Shown: positions 54,939-64,000 of the stretch, piece after piece
How the letters are laid out: each line of letters begins with the position of its first letter
How positions within the stretch are numbered: the first letter of the stretch is position 1
Origin: Burkholderiaceae bacterium
GTDB taxonomy: Bacteria > Pseudomonadota > Gammaproteobacteria > Burkholderiales > Burkholderiaceae_D
Direction of reading: 5' to 3'
Assembly: GCA_004298905.1 (NCBI GenBank)
Contig: SCTK01000018.1
Span: 5,870-69,869, forward strand
Length of the DNA: 64,000 bases
The notes under the pieces: model-generated
What the model saw: the letters and a program-made list of their open reading frames with translations, nothing else
The model's database searches: none
Told to the model about the DNA's origin: nothing
Made by a program: the position numbers and the translations under genes

Positions 54939-56141
54939 TCAAGGCAGCGAGCTGGTTTTTAAATGAACCCAGCCAGCGCAATACCATTCGTGCAGCGTGT
55001 CGATCAAGACTTCCAGATCCTTGATTCCCGCACCTTTCAAATGTCTCTCGTTGGCCAGTTGCTTAAGCAGGATTGCATCCTGCCCGCGCGCCGTAAAACT
55101 CTCCCCATTGACGAAGATTTCTGGATTGCGATAGAGCATGCGCGTGCGGGCATCCAGCGCCAGGTGTCCACGTTGTAGTTGCTGTGCAAAGCGCGCGCGT
55201 GACAGCGGCTTGGCGGGCGGGGAAAAGAACGTGCTGGGCTTGGGCGTGCTCAGATATTCGCCGAGGAAATTACGCAGCGCCGATTTGTTCCAGCGGATTC
55301 CTTGTAGCGCTTTGTCAACGCGATCCATCCAATCGTCATCGATCCACGCCGGAGCCGCGCTGGCCTCGCGTTGCGGGTCGGCATAGCGGCCGGGGAGTGC
55401 AATCGTGTCGGCAAGATATTCGAGAAAGACTTGACCAATTTCTTGATAATCCGGTGCGCGAAAACCGATCGACCAGGTCATGCATGCTCCGAGCGCCACA
55501 CCGTTGTGGGCGACGTGCGGTGGCAGATACAGCATGTCGCCGGGCTCGAGCACCCAGGATTGTTCCGGTTGAAAATTCTTGAGGATCTTCAATGACATGC
55601 CCTCAACCAGCGCGAGATCACACTGCGTACTGATTTCCCATTGCCGCTGGCCGGCCGCTTGCAACAGAAAAACATCATAGGAATCGAAATGCGGCCCGAC
55701 GCCGCCGCCATCCCCGGCGAGGCTGATCATCACATCATCAAGACGGGTGTAGGGAATGAAGTTGAATTGCTGCAGTAGTTGATCGGCGCCGGCATGATGC
55801 AGGTTGACCCCTTGCACCAGCAGGGTCCAGTGTTTTTGCTTGTGGCTGGGCAAATCGGCGGCGGTGAAGGGGCCGTGTTCTACCTGCCATGTGTGTGCCG
55901 CGACTTTGCTGCGGCGTTGACGGATCAGACGCGACTCCACATCCTCTTGTTGTGCAAGGGCCAATAATTCTGACTGCGCCACCGGTGGCTTGAAGCCGGG
56001 GATCGCCTGACGAATCAGGAGCGGTTTTTTGTGCCAGTAGTCACGCAGAAATTCCTGGGCCGACAAGCCGCCCAGCAAGGTGAGCGGCCGCTTGAGCTGA
56101 AGTTTGGAAGTCATGTCGCGAGTATAATCAAAACCCCGCAC
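54939..56141 (-). CDS. Cupin-4/JmjC-type ribosomal protein oxygenase (RoxA/YcfD-like)
   Basis: LGGLSAQEFLRDYWHKKPLLIRQAI and GVGPHFDSYDVFLLQ (the HxD iron motif) are present. A GTG start at 56141 follows GGAGA; an alternative ATG lies at 56114. Confidence 0.8.
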   Translation of the reverse strand: MRGFDYTRDMTSKLQLKRPLTLLGGLSAQEFLRDYWHKKPLLIRQAIPGFKPPVAQSELLALAQQEDVESRLIRQRRSKVAAHTWQVEHGPFTAADLPSHKQKHWTLLVQGVNLHHAGADQLLQQFNFIPYTRLDDVMISLAGDGGGVGPHFDSYDVFLLQAAGQRQWEISTQCDLALVEGMSLKILKNFQPEQSWVLEPGDMLYLPPHVAHNGVALGACMTWSIGFRAPDYQEIGQVFLEYLADTIALPGRYADPQREASAAPAWIDDDWMDRVDKALQGIRWNKSALRNFLGEYLSTPKPSTFFSPPAKPLSRARFAQQLQRGHLALDARTRMLYRNPEIFVNGESFTARGQDAILLKQLANERHLKGAGIKDLEVLIDTLHEWYCAGWVHLKTSSLP

Positions 56142-56180
56142 GTACTTTTTTCTCCGGCCCTGTCCCTATCGTTTCTCATC

Positions 56181-56774
56181 ATGAAGATCGCTAAAAATAC
56201 CGTTGTCACCCTGCGCTTTACCGTGTTCGATGCGCAAAACAATTTGCTGGAAGACAGCGATATTCCGATCAGCTATTTGCACGGCGGTTACGATGAAATT
56301 TTCCCACGGGTAGAAGAAGCATTGGCCGGACAGGATGTCGGTTACCAAACCACGCTGCAGCTGGAACCGGAAGATGCTTTCGGCGAATACGATGCACAAC
56401 AGGTCCGGCTGGAGCCGCGCAGCAAATTCCCGGAACCGATCGAAGTGGGCATGCAGTTCGAGGGTATTCCTGATGATGACGAAGGTGGCGCGGATGATGA
56501 AGGCAGCGATGAGCCAAAAATTTTCATCGTCACTGATCTGACCGGTGATCAGGTGGTGCTCGACGCCAACCATCCCTATGCCGGAATGGCGCTCCGATTC
56601 GAGGTGAAGGTGCTCGATGTGCGCGCGGCGGAGCCCGAGGAAATCGCGCTCGAACGTGCGTTGAGCGACACAGATCAGGATGCTGCGCAAGAAGCGGACT
56701 CTGCGGAAGAGTCCGATGCCGAATTGGAGGCGCAGATCGCTGCGCGTCAGCAGCGTCCGCCCACCCTGCATTGA
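56181..56774 (+). CDS. slyD: FKBP-type peptidyl-prolyl isomerase SlyD-like, with an acidic tail
   Basis: MKIAKNTVVTLRFTVFDAQN...ISYLHGGYDEIFPRVEEALAGQ ... DANHPYAGMALRFEVKVLDV is the SlyD/FkpB pattern. The track ORF from 56031 is an upstream extension. Confidence 0.85.
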   Translation: MKIAKNTVVTLRFTVFDAQNNLLEDSDIPISYLHGGYDEIFPRVEEALAGQDVGYQTTLQLEPEDAFGEYDAQQVRLEPRSKFPEPIEVGMQFEGIPDDDEGGADDEGSDEPKIFIVTDLTGDQVVLDANHPYAGMALRFEVKVLDVRAAEPEEIALERALSDTDQDAAQEADSAEESDAELEAQIAARQQRPPTLH

Positions 56775-56788
56775 ATTTGCATTGAAAT

Positions 56789-57748
56789 TTATTGCTGCGC
56801 GGCAGGCAGGCTGCGTGTTTCGATGCGGAAAATTTTGTGCTGCGCCGGTTGCACGGTCACCTTGATCCACTGACTGATCAAGGGCGAGCCGAACACTTCC
56901 AGGCGCGTGAAGTTCTTCAGCGTTTTTCCCTGCGCGTCCTTGAGCGGCTGATCGAGCCGGTAGTGGTGGCTGTCGCCATGGATCAAGAGCACCTGACCCT
57001 CGTACTGGCCCGCCAGCGTGCGTAACTGCTGGCGCAATTCTAGATAGCCATCGCGTCCTTTGATTGGCGCGTGTTCAAAATTCGGATCGGCCTGAATCAA
57101 TATCACCAGCGCAGGCAAGTGTTTTTGCCGTACGTGGGCAAAGGCACGTTGCAGCCAGACGCGATTGGCCACCAGGCGATCTTCGAAATCGCCATTGCGT
57201 CCAGCAGCGGTTTGATAATTGTTGTTGCTGCCGGGAATGTTCAAGCCAACAAACAATACCGACTGGTATTCCCAGCGCACATTCTCCTGATAGGGCCGGA
57301 ACTGCGGTATTTCCGATTGCCGCGTCAAGCGCAGTTTTTCCTGCCCAAGGGAATATTCATCATTGAAAAAAAGTTCGCGCAGATATTGCAGGCGTTCCAT
57401 CGGGTTGTGCTGACCGACGGATGTGTGATGACAGTCGGTCCATTCATTGTCGCCGGGCACCAGAATCAGCGGCTGACGCGCCTGGTCCAGCAGCGCCTTG
57501 CGTGCCGACAGCAATTCGTCCGAGCAGGGCGCGGAAGCACTCTTGATATCGCCGGCATGCAGGATGAAAGCACTGTCGTCCAGCGCGATGGCCGCGAGAA
57601 TCTGTTGCAACACATCGGCTTCGGCATCGTTATAAGGGACATCGCCGATGGCAATGAAGCTGAAGGCGTGTGCTTGAGCGCGCGCGTGTGCGGCAGCGGC
57701 AAACAACACCAGAACGCCGAGGAGCAGCCGTGTGATACATGCGCGCAT
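56789..57748 (-). CDS. Secreted metallophosphoesterase
   Basis: A signal peptide is present. The calcineurin-like motifs are IAIGDVPY, HAGDIKS, PGDNEWTDC and IHGDSHH. Confidence 0.8.
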   Translation of the reverse strand: MRACITRLLLGVLVLFAAAAHARAQAHAFSFIAIGDVPYNDAEADVLQQILAAIALDDSAFILHAGDIKSASAPCSDELLSARKALLDQARQPLILVPGDNEWTDCHHTSVGQHNPMERLQYLRELFFNDEYSLGQEKLRLTRQSEIPQFRPYQENVRWEYQSVLFVGLNIPGSNNNYQTAAGRNGDFEDRLVANRVWLQRAFAHVRQKHLPALVILIQADPNFEHAPIKGRDGYLELRQQLRTLAGQYEGQVLLIHGDSHHYRLDQPLKDAQGKTLKNFTRLEVFGSPLISQWIKVTVQPAQHKIFRIETRSLPAAQQ

Positions 57749-60366
57749 CAGGTTCCACCTGCCTGCTTGAGCCGGTACAGCGCATCGAGCGCTTCACGCG
57801 GTGTCATTTGGTCGGGGTCGAAACCATCGAGCAACTCCAGAGCCGGGTGCAGTGGTGCATCGGGTTCGATCGCGTCGGCGCTGTGCGCAAACAAATCGAG
57901 CTGGTTGTGCCGGTCGATGGATTGCTGTTCGAGTTGCTGCAGAGTGCGTTGCGCGGCGCGAATCACGCGCGGCGGAATACCCGCGAGTTTGGCCACCTGC
58001 AAGCCATAACTCTGGCTGGCCGGGCCTTTTTCGACCGCGTGCAGAAACACGATGCGATCCTGATGTTCCACCGCCGACAGATGCACATTGGCGACGCTGG
58101 GAAATTCATCCGCCAGTTGCGTCAATTCGAAATAATGCGTGGCAAACAGAGTCAGACTGCGGTTCTGTTCGATCTGGTGACGCGCAATCGCCCAGGCCAG
58201 GGCGAGACCGTCGAAGGTCGACGTGCCGCGGCCGATTTCATCCATCAGCACCAGACTGTGTTCGGTGGCTTGATGCAGAATCGCAGCGGCCTCGGTCATT
58301 TCCACCATGAAGGTCGAGCGGCCACCGGCCAGATCGTCGGCCGCGCCGATGCGGGTGAAGATGCGATCGATCGGGCCGATGCGCGCACTTTGCGCCGGGA
58401 CCGGGCAACCGATATAGGCAAGCAAAACGATCAAAGCAACCTGACGCATATAGGTGGACTTGCCGCCCATGTTTGGCCCGGTGATCAGCAGCATGCGCCG
58501 TTGTTCATGCAGGGCGCAGTGATTGGGAATGAAGTGTTCGATTTCGTGTTCGACGACAGGATGACGTCCGCCTTCGATCGCGATTTCCACTTGTGTGCTC
58601 AGGGTCGCGGGCACCCAGCCGAAACGTGCTGCGAGTCCAGCGAAGTTGCACAGGACATCCAGTTCGGCAATGGCGCGTGCCAATTGCAACAACGCCGGAA
58701 CGTCAGGTGCCAGATCGCTCAACACCTGATCGAACAAGCGTTTCTCGCTCGCCAGTGCGCGCTCTTGCGCACTGAGCGCCTTGTCTTCGAAAGCCTTCAG
58801 CTCCGGTGTGATGTAACGCTCCGCACCCTTGAGGGTTTGGCGGCGACGGTAGTGCTCCGGCACCTTGTCGGTCTGGCCGTGCGTCACTTCGATGTAGAAG
58901 CCATGCACCCGGTTGTATTCGACGCGTAGATTGGCAATGCCAGTGGCGGCGCGTTCGCGCGCTTCCAGTTGCACGAGAAACTCGCCAGCGTTGTTGTGCA
59001 GAGCACGCAGTTCATCCAGCGCGGCATCGAAACCGTCGGCGATTACATTGCCATCACGCACCAGCGCTGCCGGTTCCAGAGCGATTGCCGCCTGCAGCAA
59101 GGGCAGGGTGGCGGCGGGCAGTAGAAATTGGGGCAGGGATTCGCGTTCTTCAGCAGTGAGGCGGACAAGAATTTTTTGCAGTATCGCAACCTGTTGCAAG
59201 CTGTCACGCAGCGCGGCCAGATCGCGCGGGCGGGCATTTTTCAGGGCGATGCGGCTGGTGATGCGTTCCAGATCGGCAAACGTTTTCAATTCCTGTTGCA
59301 GCGGTGTATGCACGGCTTGCAGCGCCAGTACCGCTTGCTGGCGCGTTTGCACTGCAGCTTGATCGCGCAAGGGATTGTGCAGCCAGCGGCGCAGCAGGCG
59401 GCTGCCCATGCTGCTGGCGCAATGATCGATGCGTTTGAACAGCGTCGGCCCATCGGTGCCGCGCAGGGTTTCGGTGAGTTCGAGATTGCGCCGCGTAGCG
59501 GGATCGAGCACGATGTTTTCATGCACCTGCTCCACACGCACATCCTGAATGTGCGTCAGCGGTTGTCCTTGCGTTTCTTCGGCATAGCGCAGCAGCGCCG
59601 CGCAGGCGGCCAGCGCCACCGGCATCGGTTCGCAGCCGTAGGCAGACAGTGTGCTCACGCCGAGGCAATGCTGCAGTGCCTGTATGCCATGCGTGGTATC
59701 GAACTGCCAGACGGGGCGAGCGACCTGAGTTGCCGTCGCGGCCATGTCATCAAGCGCGGGCAGGGGTGCATCGGCGCGCAGAATTTCCGCCGGTTGCAGG
59801 CGTTCGATTTCAGTCGCCAGTTGCAGCGACCCGCATTCAAGCAGACGCAGGCTGCCCGCGGCAAGGTTCAACCAGGCCAGGCCGATTTCGCGCTGGCCCT
59901 TGACGGTGGCAATGGCCAGCAACAGGTTGTCCTGTTTTTCCGCCAGCAGGGTGCTGTCGGTCAGGGTGCCGGGGGTGACGATACGCGTGACCTTGCGTTC
60001 TACTGGCCCCTTGCTGGTGGCTGGATCGCCGATCTGTTCGCAGATCGCCACCGACTCGCCCAGCTTGAGCAGGCGCGCCAGATATTGCTCCACTGCATGC
60101 TGCGGCACACCCGCCATGGGAATTGGCATGCCGCCCGACTGACCGCGCTGGGTCAGCGTGATGCCCAGCAGACGCGCGGCTTTCTGCGCGTCGTCGTAAA
60201 ACATTTCGTAGAAATCGCCCATGCGGTAGAACAGCAGCATGTGCGGATGGGCGGCCTTGATGCGCAGGTACTGCTGCATCATTGGCGTGTGGGAAGTCGG
60301 GTCGGCAGCAGGCGGTCGGCTGTCGGCGGTGGTGGGAATGTCGATCTTGTTATTGGCAGGGCGCAT
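57748..60366 (-). CDS. mutS: DNA mismatch repair protein MutS
   Basis: [15 protein letters not shown], Walker [14 protein letters not shown] and STFMVEMTE are present. The product is 872 aa. Confidence 0.95.
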   Translation of the reverse strand: MRPANNKIDIPTTADSRPPAADPTSHTPMMQQYLRIKAAHPHMLLFYRMGDFYEMFYDDAQKAARLLGITLTQRGQSGGMPIPMAGVPQHAVEQYLARLLKLGESVAICEQIGDPATSKGPVERKVTRIVTPGTLTDSTLLAEKQDNLLLAIATVKGQREIGLAWLNLAAGSLRLLECGSLQLATEIERLQPAEILRADAPLPALDDMAATATQVARPVWQFDTTHGIQALQHCLGVSTLSAYGCEPMPVALAACAALLRYAEETQGQPLTHIQDVRVEQVHENIVLDPATRRNLELTETLRGTDGPTLFKRIDHCASSMGSRLLRRWLHNPLRDQAAVQTRQQAVLALQAVHTPLQQELKTFADLERITSRIALKNARPRDLAALRDSLQQVAILQKILVRLTAEERESLPQFLLPAATLPLLQAAIALEPAALVRDGNVIADGFDAALDELRALHNNAGEFLVQLEARERAATGIANLRVEYNRVHGFYIEVTHGQTDKVPEHYRRRQTLKGAERYITPELKAFEDKALSAQERALASEKRLFDQVLSDLAPDVPALLQLARAIAELDVLCNFAGLAARFGWVPATLSTQVEIAIEGGRHPVVEHEIEHFIPNHCALHEQRRMLLITGPNMGGKSTYMRQVALIVLLAYIGCPVPAQSARIGPIDRIFTRIGAADDLAGGRSTFMVEMTEAAAILHQATEHSLVLMDEIGRGTSTFDGLALAWAIARHQIEQNRSLTLFATHYFELTQLADEFPSVANVHLSAVEHQDRIVFLHAVEKGPASQSYGLQVAKLAGIPPRVIRAAQRTLQQLEQQSIDRHNQLDLFAHSADAIEPDAPLHPALELLDGFDPDQMTPREALDALYRLKQAGGT

Positions 60367-60402
60367 CCGCGCATTTTACCGCCGACCGTAACTGTCGACT
60401 TT

Positions 60403-62700
60403 TTACTTGCTGCCCTCGCGCAGGATGCGCCACTTGCCATCGACTTTCACCAAATCGAGCACTTTGGTGGTGTTGGCACGGTGATTGGCCGAACGGTATT
60501 TTTGCTGGAATTGAATGCGCGCTTGATCGCCTTCCTGACTCAGCAATTGCAGGTGAGCAATGCCGATATGGATGTTATTCTGGGCAGCGATGACTTTCTT
60601 GCGCCGCGCTTCCCAATCGGTTCTGGACAAGCCCTGGCTGGGTTCGAACTGATCCGCATAGGCGGCAAAATAAGCGTCGAGGTTTTGCGTCGACCAGGCA
60701 TTGGTCCAGTCGTTGACGAAATCGCTGAGGCTGGCATCGACGGTTTGCGCGACAGCTTGCACAGGCGCTGCGCCGGGCCGATCGAGCACTTGGTCGCGGG
60801 TTTCTTCGCGCTGGATTTTCCAGCGGCCGGCATCTTCTTTCAGCTTGAGCGTCTTGGTCACACTATCGCCGAAGGAATCGGAGCGATAGGTTTGGCGGAA
60901 TTCGATTTCAGCCTTGCTGTTATCCGTCGCAGCGTCGCTGCGTTTTACCTTGACGTCTTCCGCCTTGATCTTGATATTGCGCGATCCGCCGATGATGCGC
61001 TTGCGGTTCTTCACCCAAGCGGCGTGGTTGCGGCCCTTGTCTTTGGCGGGTTTGAAATCGTCCGAATAAAAGCTGAAGTACTGCGGCAAGTCTCTGGCCA
61101 TCCACGTCGCGAGCCAGCTATCAACAACCTGTTCCGGTTCCAGTTTCAGACTGTTGCCAACGGGGGTGCCCGGGGTGGGCGCTGCTGCAGGTGCAGCGGC
61201 CGGTTCGATTTGCGGTGAAGTGACCGGCGCGGGCGCGGCCGCGGCCTCTGCGGCCGGTGCCGGTGCTGCCGGTTTGAACAAAGGCGTGGCCTTGGCCATC
61301 AAGGCATCTTTGTCGATCTCGATCACGGCGACCGCTTCGACCGAGCAGCCTGGATTGTCGTTGCCCTCCGGCCGTTTGGCGGACAGATCGGCCAGAGTGG
61401 GCATGCCGTTGCGGGCAATGTCCAGACTGGACAGCATGTGGCCCATGCTTGTTTGGGTGCGGGCGTGGGCCAGTTCGTAATCGCGTGCGCCATTCACATA
61501 GGCGCGCCGGGCCTGAAAATATTCGTTCTCGGTATCGAGCAAGTCGAGCAGGGTGCGCTGGCCGATTTCAAATTGACGCTGATACGCTTCACGCGCTTTT
61601 TCGATCGACAGTTGATGCTGATCCAGGTATTTCAATTGCTCAGCCAGGCGCTGGATATCGTTGTAGGCAATCGTCAGGGTCTGGCGCAAATCGATACATG
61701 CCTTGTCGCGCAGATCCTTGCTGTTGTTCATTTGTTCCGCCGCTTGCTTGAGCGCAGCGCTGTCCGAACCGCCTCTGAACAGATTCCAGTTGAGTACGAC
61801 CTGGACGGTGCGCGAATCGGCATGCGGTCCGACACCGACATCGTTGTTGTTGCGGTAGTCCGCATCGGCGCGGAACTCGACACGCGGGGTGAAACGTGCC
61901 CGGCGCACATCGATTTCCGATTTGGCGGCACCAATGTTTTCGATGGCTGCCAGCAGTGCAGGATTGGTTTCGTAGGCCTGTTTCAGTGCGCCATTCAATT
62001 TGCCGGGAATGTTGTCCTTGAGCAGGCCCGCATCGGTGAGCGTATCACCTGGCAGGATGCCGGCAACGCGTTGGAAGCGCGCGCTGACGTCATGCAGATT
62101 GCTCAGCTCTGTGAGCAAATTGGATTCGGCTAGTGCCAGACGGCCGCTGGCTTGCTCCAGATCGACCCGGCGGCCGACGCCGGCCTTGGTGCGTTCCTGG
62201 ATCTGATCGAAGTACTGGCGATGGCGCACATAGTTGTCTTCCGCCAATTGCACCAGCTCACGGTAGCGCTGCACGTCGATGTAAGCGCGCGCCGCTTCCA
62301 GCGCGGTATTTTCGGCGCTGTCCAGCAGTTCGAAATAACGCACCAGTGCCGCGTAGTTGAGGCGTTCGACATCGTTGCGGGTGGCAAAGCCGTCGAACAG
62401 CATTTGCGTCAGCGTCAGGGTGGCGCCGTGCTGGTTGAAGTTGAGATTATTGATACCCGCTTCATCGCGGTAGCGGCGCGCGGTGTTGGCAGACAGATCG
62501 ACACGCGGAAAATAACCGCCGCGCGCAACATCTTTTTCGTGTTGAGCGGCGAGAAAATTATGCCAGCGGGCCTGCACTTCGGGATTGGTTTCTATGGCGC
62601 GTTGCGCCACTTCTCTCAGGGTCATATTTTGCGCAGAGGCGAGTCCGGGCAGAAGCGCCATCAAGGCGATTCCCAGAAGCTTCCGTACTTTCATCTGCAT
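60403..62700 (-). CDS. TolC-family (LapE-type, type I secretion) outer-membrane protein with a C-terminal Ala/Pro linker and two tandem about 110-aa extra domains
   Basis: The signal peptide is MKVRKLLGIALMALLPGLASA. TolC repeats include TLREVAQRAIETNPEVQ and ALKQAYETNPALLAA. Then comes the linker PAAPAPAAEAAAAPAP...AAAPAAAPTPGTP. Two homologous units starting DSWLATWMARDL and NDWTNAWSTQNL follow. Confidence 0.8.
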   Translation of the reverse strand: MQMKVRKLLGIALMALLPGLASAQNMTLREVAQRAIETNPEVQARWHNFLAAQHEKDVARGGYFPRVDLSANTARRYRDEAGINNLNFNQHGATLTLTQMLFDGFATRNDVERLNYAALVRYFELLDSAENTALEAARAYIDVQRYRELVQLAEDNYVRHRQYFDQIQERTKAGVGRRVDLEQASGRLALAESNLLTELSNLHDVSARFQRVAGILPGDTLTDAGLLKDNIPGKLNGALKQAYETNPALLAAIENIGAAKSEIDVRRARFTPRVEFRADADYRNNNDVGVGPHADSRTVQVVLNWNLFRGGSDSAALKQAAEQMNNSKDLRDKACIDLRQTLTIAYNDIQRLAEQLKYLDQHQLSIEKAREAYQRQFEIGQRTLLDLLDTENEYFQARRAYVNGARDYELAHARTQTSMGHMLSSLDIARNGMPTLADLSAKRPEGNDNPGCSVEAVAVIEIDKDALMAKATPLFKPAAPAPAAEAAAAPAPVTSPQIEPAAAPAAAPTPGTPVGNSLKLEPEQVVDSWLATWMARDLPQYFSFYSDDFKPAKDKGRNHAAWVKNRKRIIGGSRNIKIKAEDVKVKRSDAATDNSKAEIEFRQTYRSDSFGDSVTKTLKLKEDAGRWKIQREETRDQVLDRPGAAPVQAVAQTVDASLSDFVNDWTNAWSTQNLDAYFAAYADQFEPSQGLSRTDWEARRKKVIAAQNNIHIGIAHLQLLSQEGDQARIQFQQKYRSANHRANTTKVLDLVKVDGKWRILREGSK

Positions 62701-62883
62701 GCGTTTTTCTCCACCACCCGATAACACTATTCGCTGGATATCTTTGTTGAAAATCAGTCTCTTAGACGCTCATTGCCGAGATAGCCTCAAGTGTAACATC
62801 GACAAAGCCGTTGATAACAATTTGGCGTCGCATGTTCGCCTAATTTGACTCAAAAATTTATACGGTTCTTTCGTTAGGCCCTT

Positions 62884-63582
62884 ATGTCCGGCTGGTTGGA
62901 TCCCTTCGTTCCCCGCTTATCGGCAGGACAGCGCAGTTTTTGCATTGCGTTGCTGGCACTGTTTGGCATGGTGCTGGGGTGGGCCGACTATCGCCTCGAC
63001 AAAATGCTCACCATCGCGCAGCAACGCTACGGGGAAGCGGCGCTGCCACTGTTGCGCGATTGGGATCGCATGATCCAGGATGCCGCGCCGTTGCCTGAGA
63101 CCGAGAAGTTGCGCCGCGTCAATGAATTCTTCAATCGCCACATCGTGTTTACCGACGACATGGTGCTGTGGCATCAGGCGGATTACTGGGCCACGCCACT
63201 GGAAACGATGGGCCGGGCCGCGGGCGATTGCGAGGATTACACCATCGCAAAATACATGACGCTGAAACAGATGCAGGTGCCAATCGAGAAACTGCGCCTG
63301 ATTTATGTTCGTGCCAGAATTGGTGGCCCCTATAGCACGGTACAGCAGGCGCACATGGTGCTTGGCTATTATGCGCAGCCGAATGCCGAACCGCTGATTC
63401 TGGATAATCTGATCAGCGATATCCGCCCCGCCAGCCGCCGCAGCGATTTGTTTCCGGTCTTCAGCTTTAACGGTGATGGCCTGTGGGTCGGCGGCGAAAC
63501 GAATCCCGTGGCCAGCGCCACGGCACGACTGTCGCGCTGGCGCGATGTGTTGACACGAATGCAGCAAGAAGGAATTGAATGA
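62884..63582 (+). CDS. lapG: Periplasmic transglutaminase-like cysteine protease LapG (peptidase C93)
   Basis: The catalytic context GDCEDYTIAKYMTLKQ, then AHMVL and LDNL, are present after an N-terminal signal/anchor. lapD follows. Confidence 0.85.
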   Translation: MSGWLDPFVPRLSAGQRSFCIALLALFGMVLGWADYRLDKMLTIAQQRYGEAALPLLRDWDRMIQDAAPLPETEKLRRVNEFFNRHIVFTDDMVLWHQADYWATPLETMGRAAGDCEDYTIAKYMTLKQMQVPIEKLRLIYVRARIGGPYSTVQQAHMVLGYYAQPNAEPLILDNLISDIRPASRRSDLFPVFSFNGDGLWVGGETNPVASATARLSRWRDVLTRMQQEGIE

Positions 63583-63606
63583 GAAATTCGAAATGAGGAG
63601 TGCGCA

Positions 63607-64000
63607 ATGTCACTAATCAAACAATTATGGATTGGCGTCTTGCTGATCGTGCTGGTCGCGTTCGGCAGCAGTTTCGTGGTCAGTACGCTGGCGGCCAAGC
63701 GCTATCTTGAGCAGCAACTCTTGCTGAAGAATATCGACAATGCCACGGTGCTCGCCCTGTCGATGTCGCAAATGCAAAAAGAGCCGGTGGCCATTGAACT
63801 GCTGCTGGCGGCGCAATTCGATGCCGGTCATTATCAATCGATCACCTTGGCAGGGCCGGAAGGCGGCGTGTTGGCGGAACGCCAGAACCAGGCGTCGATT
63901 GATGCCGTGCCCGCCTGGTTCATGCGCATGATTCCGCTGCGCGTTGCACCGGGTGTGGCGCAGGTGAGCGATGGCTGGAAGCAATACGGCACGTTGACGG
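63607..64000 (+). CDS. lapD: c-di-GMP receptor LapD, N-terminal part (LapD_MoxY_N periplasmic domain); 3' end lies outside the window
   Basis: My own translation from ATG 63607 gives MSLIKQLWIGVLLIVLVAFGSSFVVS...VPAWFMRMIPL...QVSDGWKQYGTLT, which parallels P. fluorescens LapD (MSLFKQL..., VPDWF, GW.Q). The frame is open to the window end, so it is not on the ORF track. Confidence 0.8.
   Translation, partial: MSLIKQLWIGVLLIVLVAFGSSFVVSTLAAKRYLEQQLLLKNIDNATVLALSMSQMQKEPVAIELLLAAQFDAGHYQSITLAGPEGGVLAERQNQASIDAVPAWFMRMIPLRVAPGVAQVSDGWKQYGTLT

Noticed and set aside
59128-61218. 696-aa ORF on the plus strand
   Set aside because: It is antisense to mutS and to the TolC-like gene and even bridges their intergenic gap. 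The composition is Arg/Gly/Ala/Gln-rich and no motif is present. It is a high-GC antisense artefact.

Overview
All calls rest on my own motif and synteny recognition plus the supplied ORF track. No BLAST, HMM or folding search was run. The window is a 64-kb chromosomal segment of a high-GC proteobacterium. Sampled housekeeping lines count about 60-70 % GC. Gene content and synteny look beta/gamma-proteobacterial: argH-algZ-algR, a complete iscRSUA-hscBA-fdx-iscX operon, a split-arnA arn operon and a Neisseria H.8-like lipoprotein. Most of the window is recognisable housekeeping: nrtABD nitrate transport, mog, yjgA, pmbA, argH, the arn lipid-A modification operon, an aromatic/aspartate aminotransferase, uvrB, the isc operon, prkA-yeaH-spoVR, hslO, trpH/yciO, trpS, dapA-bamC, slyD and mutS. 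There are four tRNA genes: an Ala-Glu-Asp cluster and a separate Asn gene. I saw no rRNA, CRISPR array, intact IS element, integrase or prophage. Five places deserve a second look. (1) A low-GC islet at 45.1-46.5 kb pairs a clear Unstab_antitox-type antitoxin with an unclassifiable 224-aa protein instead of a RelE/ParE toxin, and is bracketed by repeat copies. This is my best candidate for an undescribed toxin-antitoxin or abortive-infection module. (2) A low-GC, translationally coupled four-gene phospholipid cassette at 15.1-17.8 kb combines ynbA/ynbB-like genes, a PlsC-type acyltransferase and a small membrane protein. (3) A transmembrane PilJ/NarX-type sensor is fused to a CheA-type HPt-ATPase core without a CheW domain. 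It is followed by CheY-like and CheX-like genes directly downstream of the nitrate transporter. (4) A TolC/LapE-type outer-membrane protein carries a C-terminal Ala/Pro linker and two tandem about 110-aa domains, and lies back-to-back with lapG-lapD. (5) A mosaic accessory stretch at 6.1-11.9 kb surrounds the tRNA cluster. It holds an IS110-type transposase stub, a broken GGDEF gene, a DUF900-type hydrolase, a duplicated tRNA-Asp 3' end resembling an att scar, and an orphan 446-aa membrane-anchored protein. Several dispersed hairpin-repeat families are also visible directly in the sequence.
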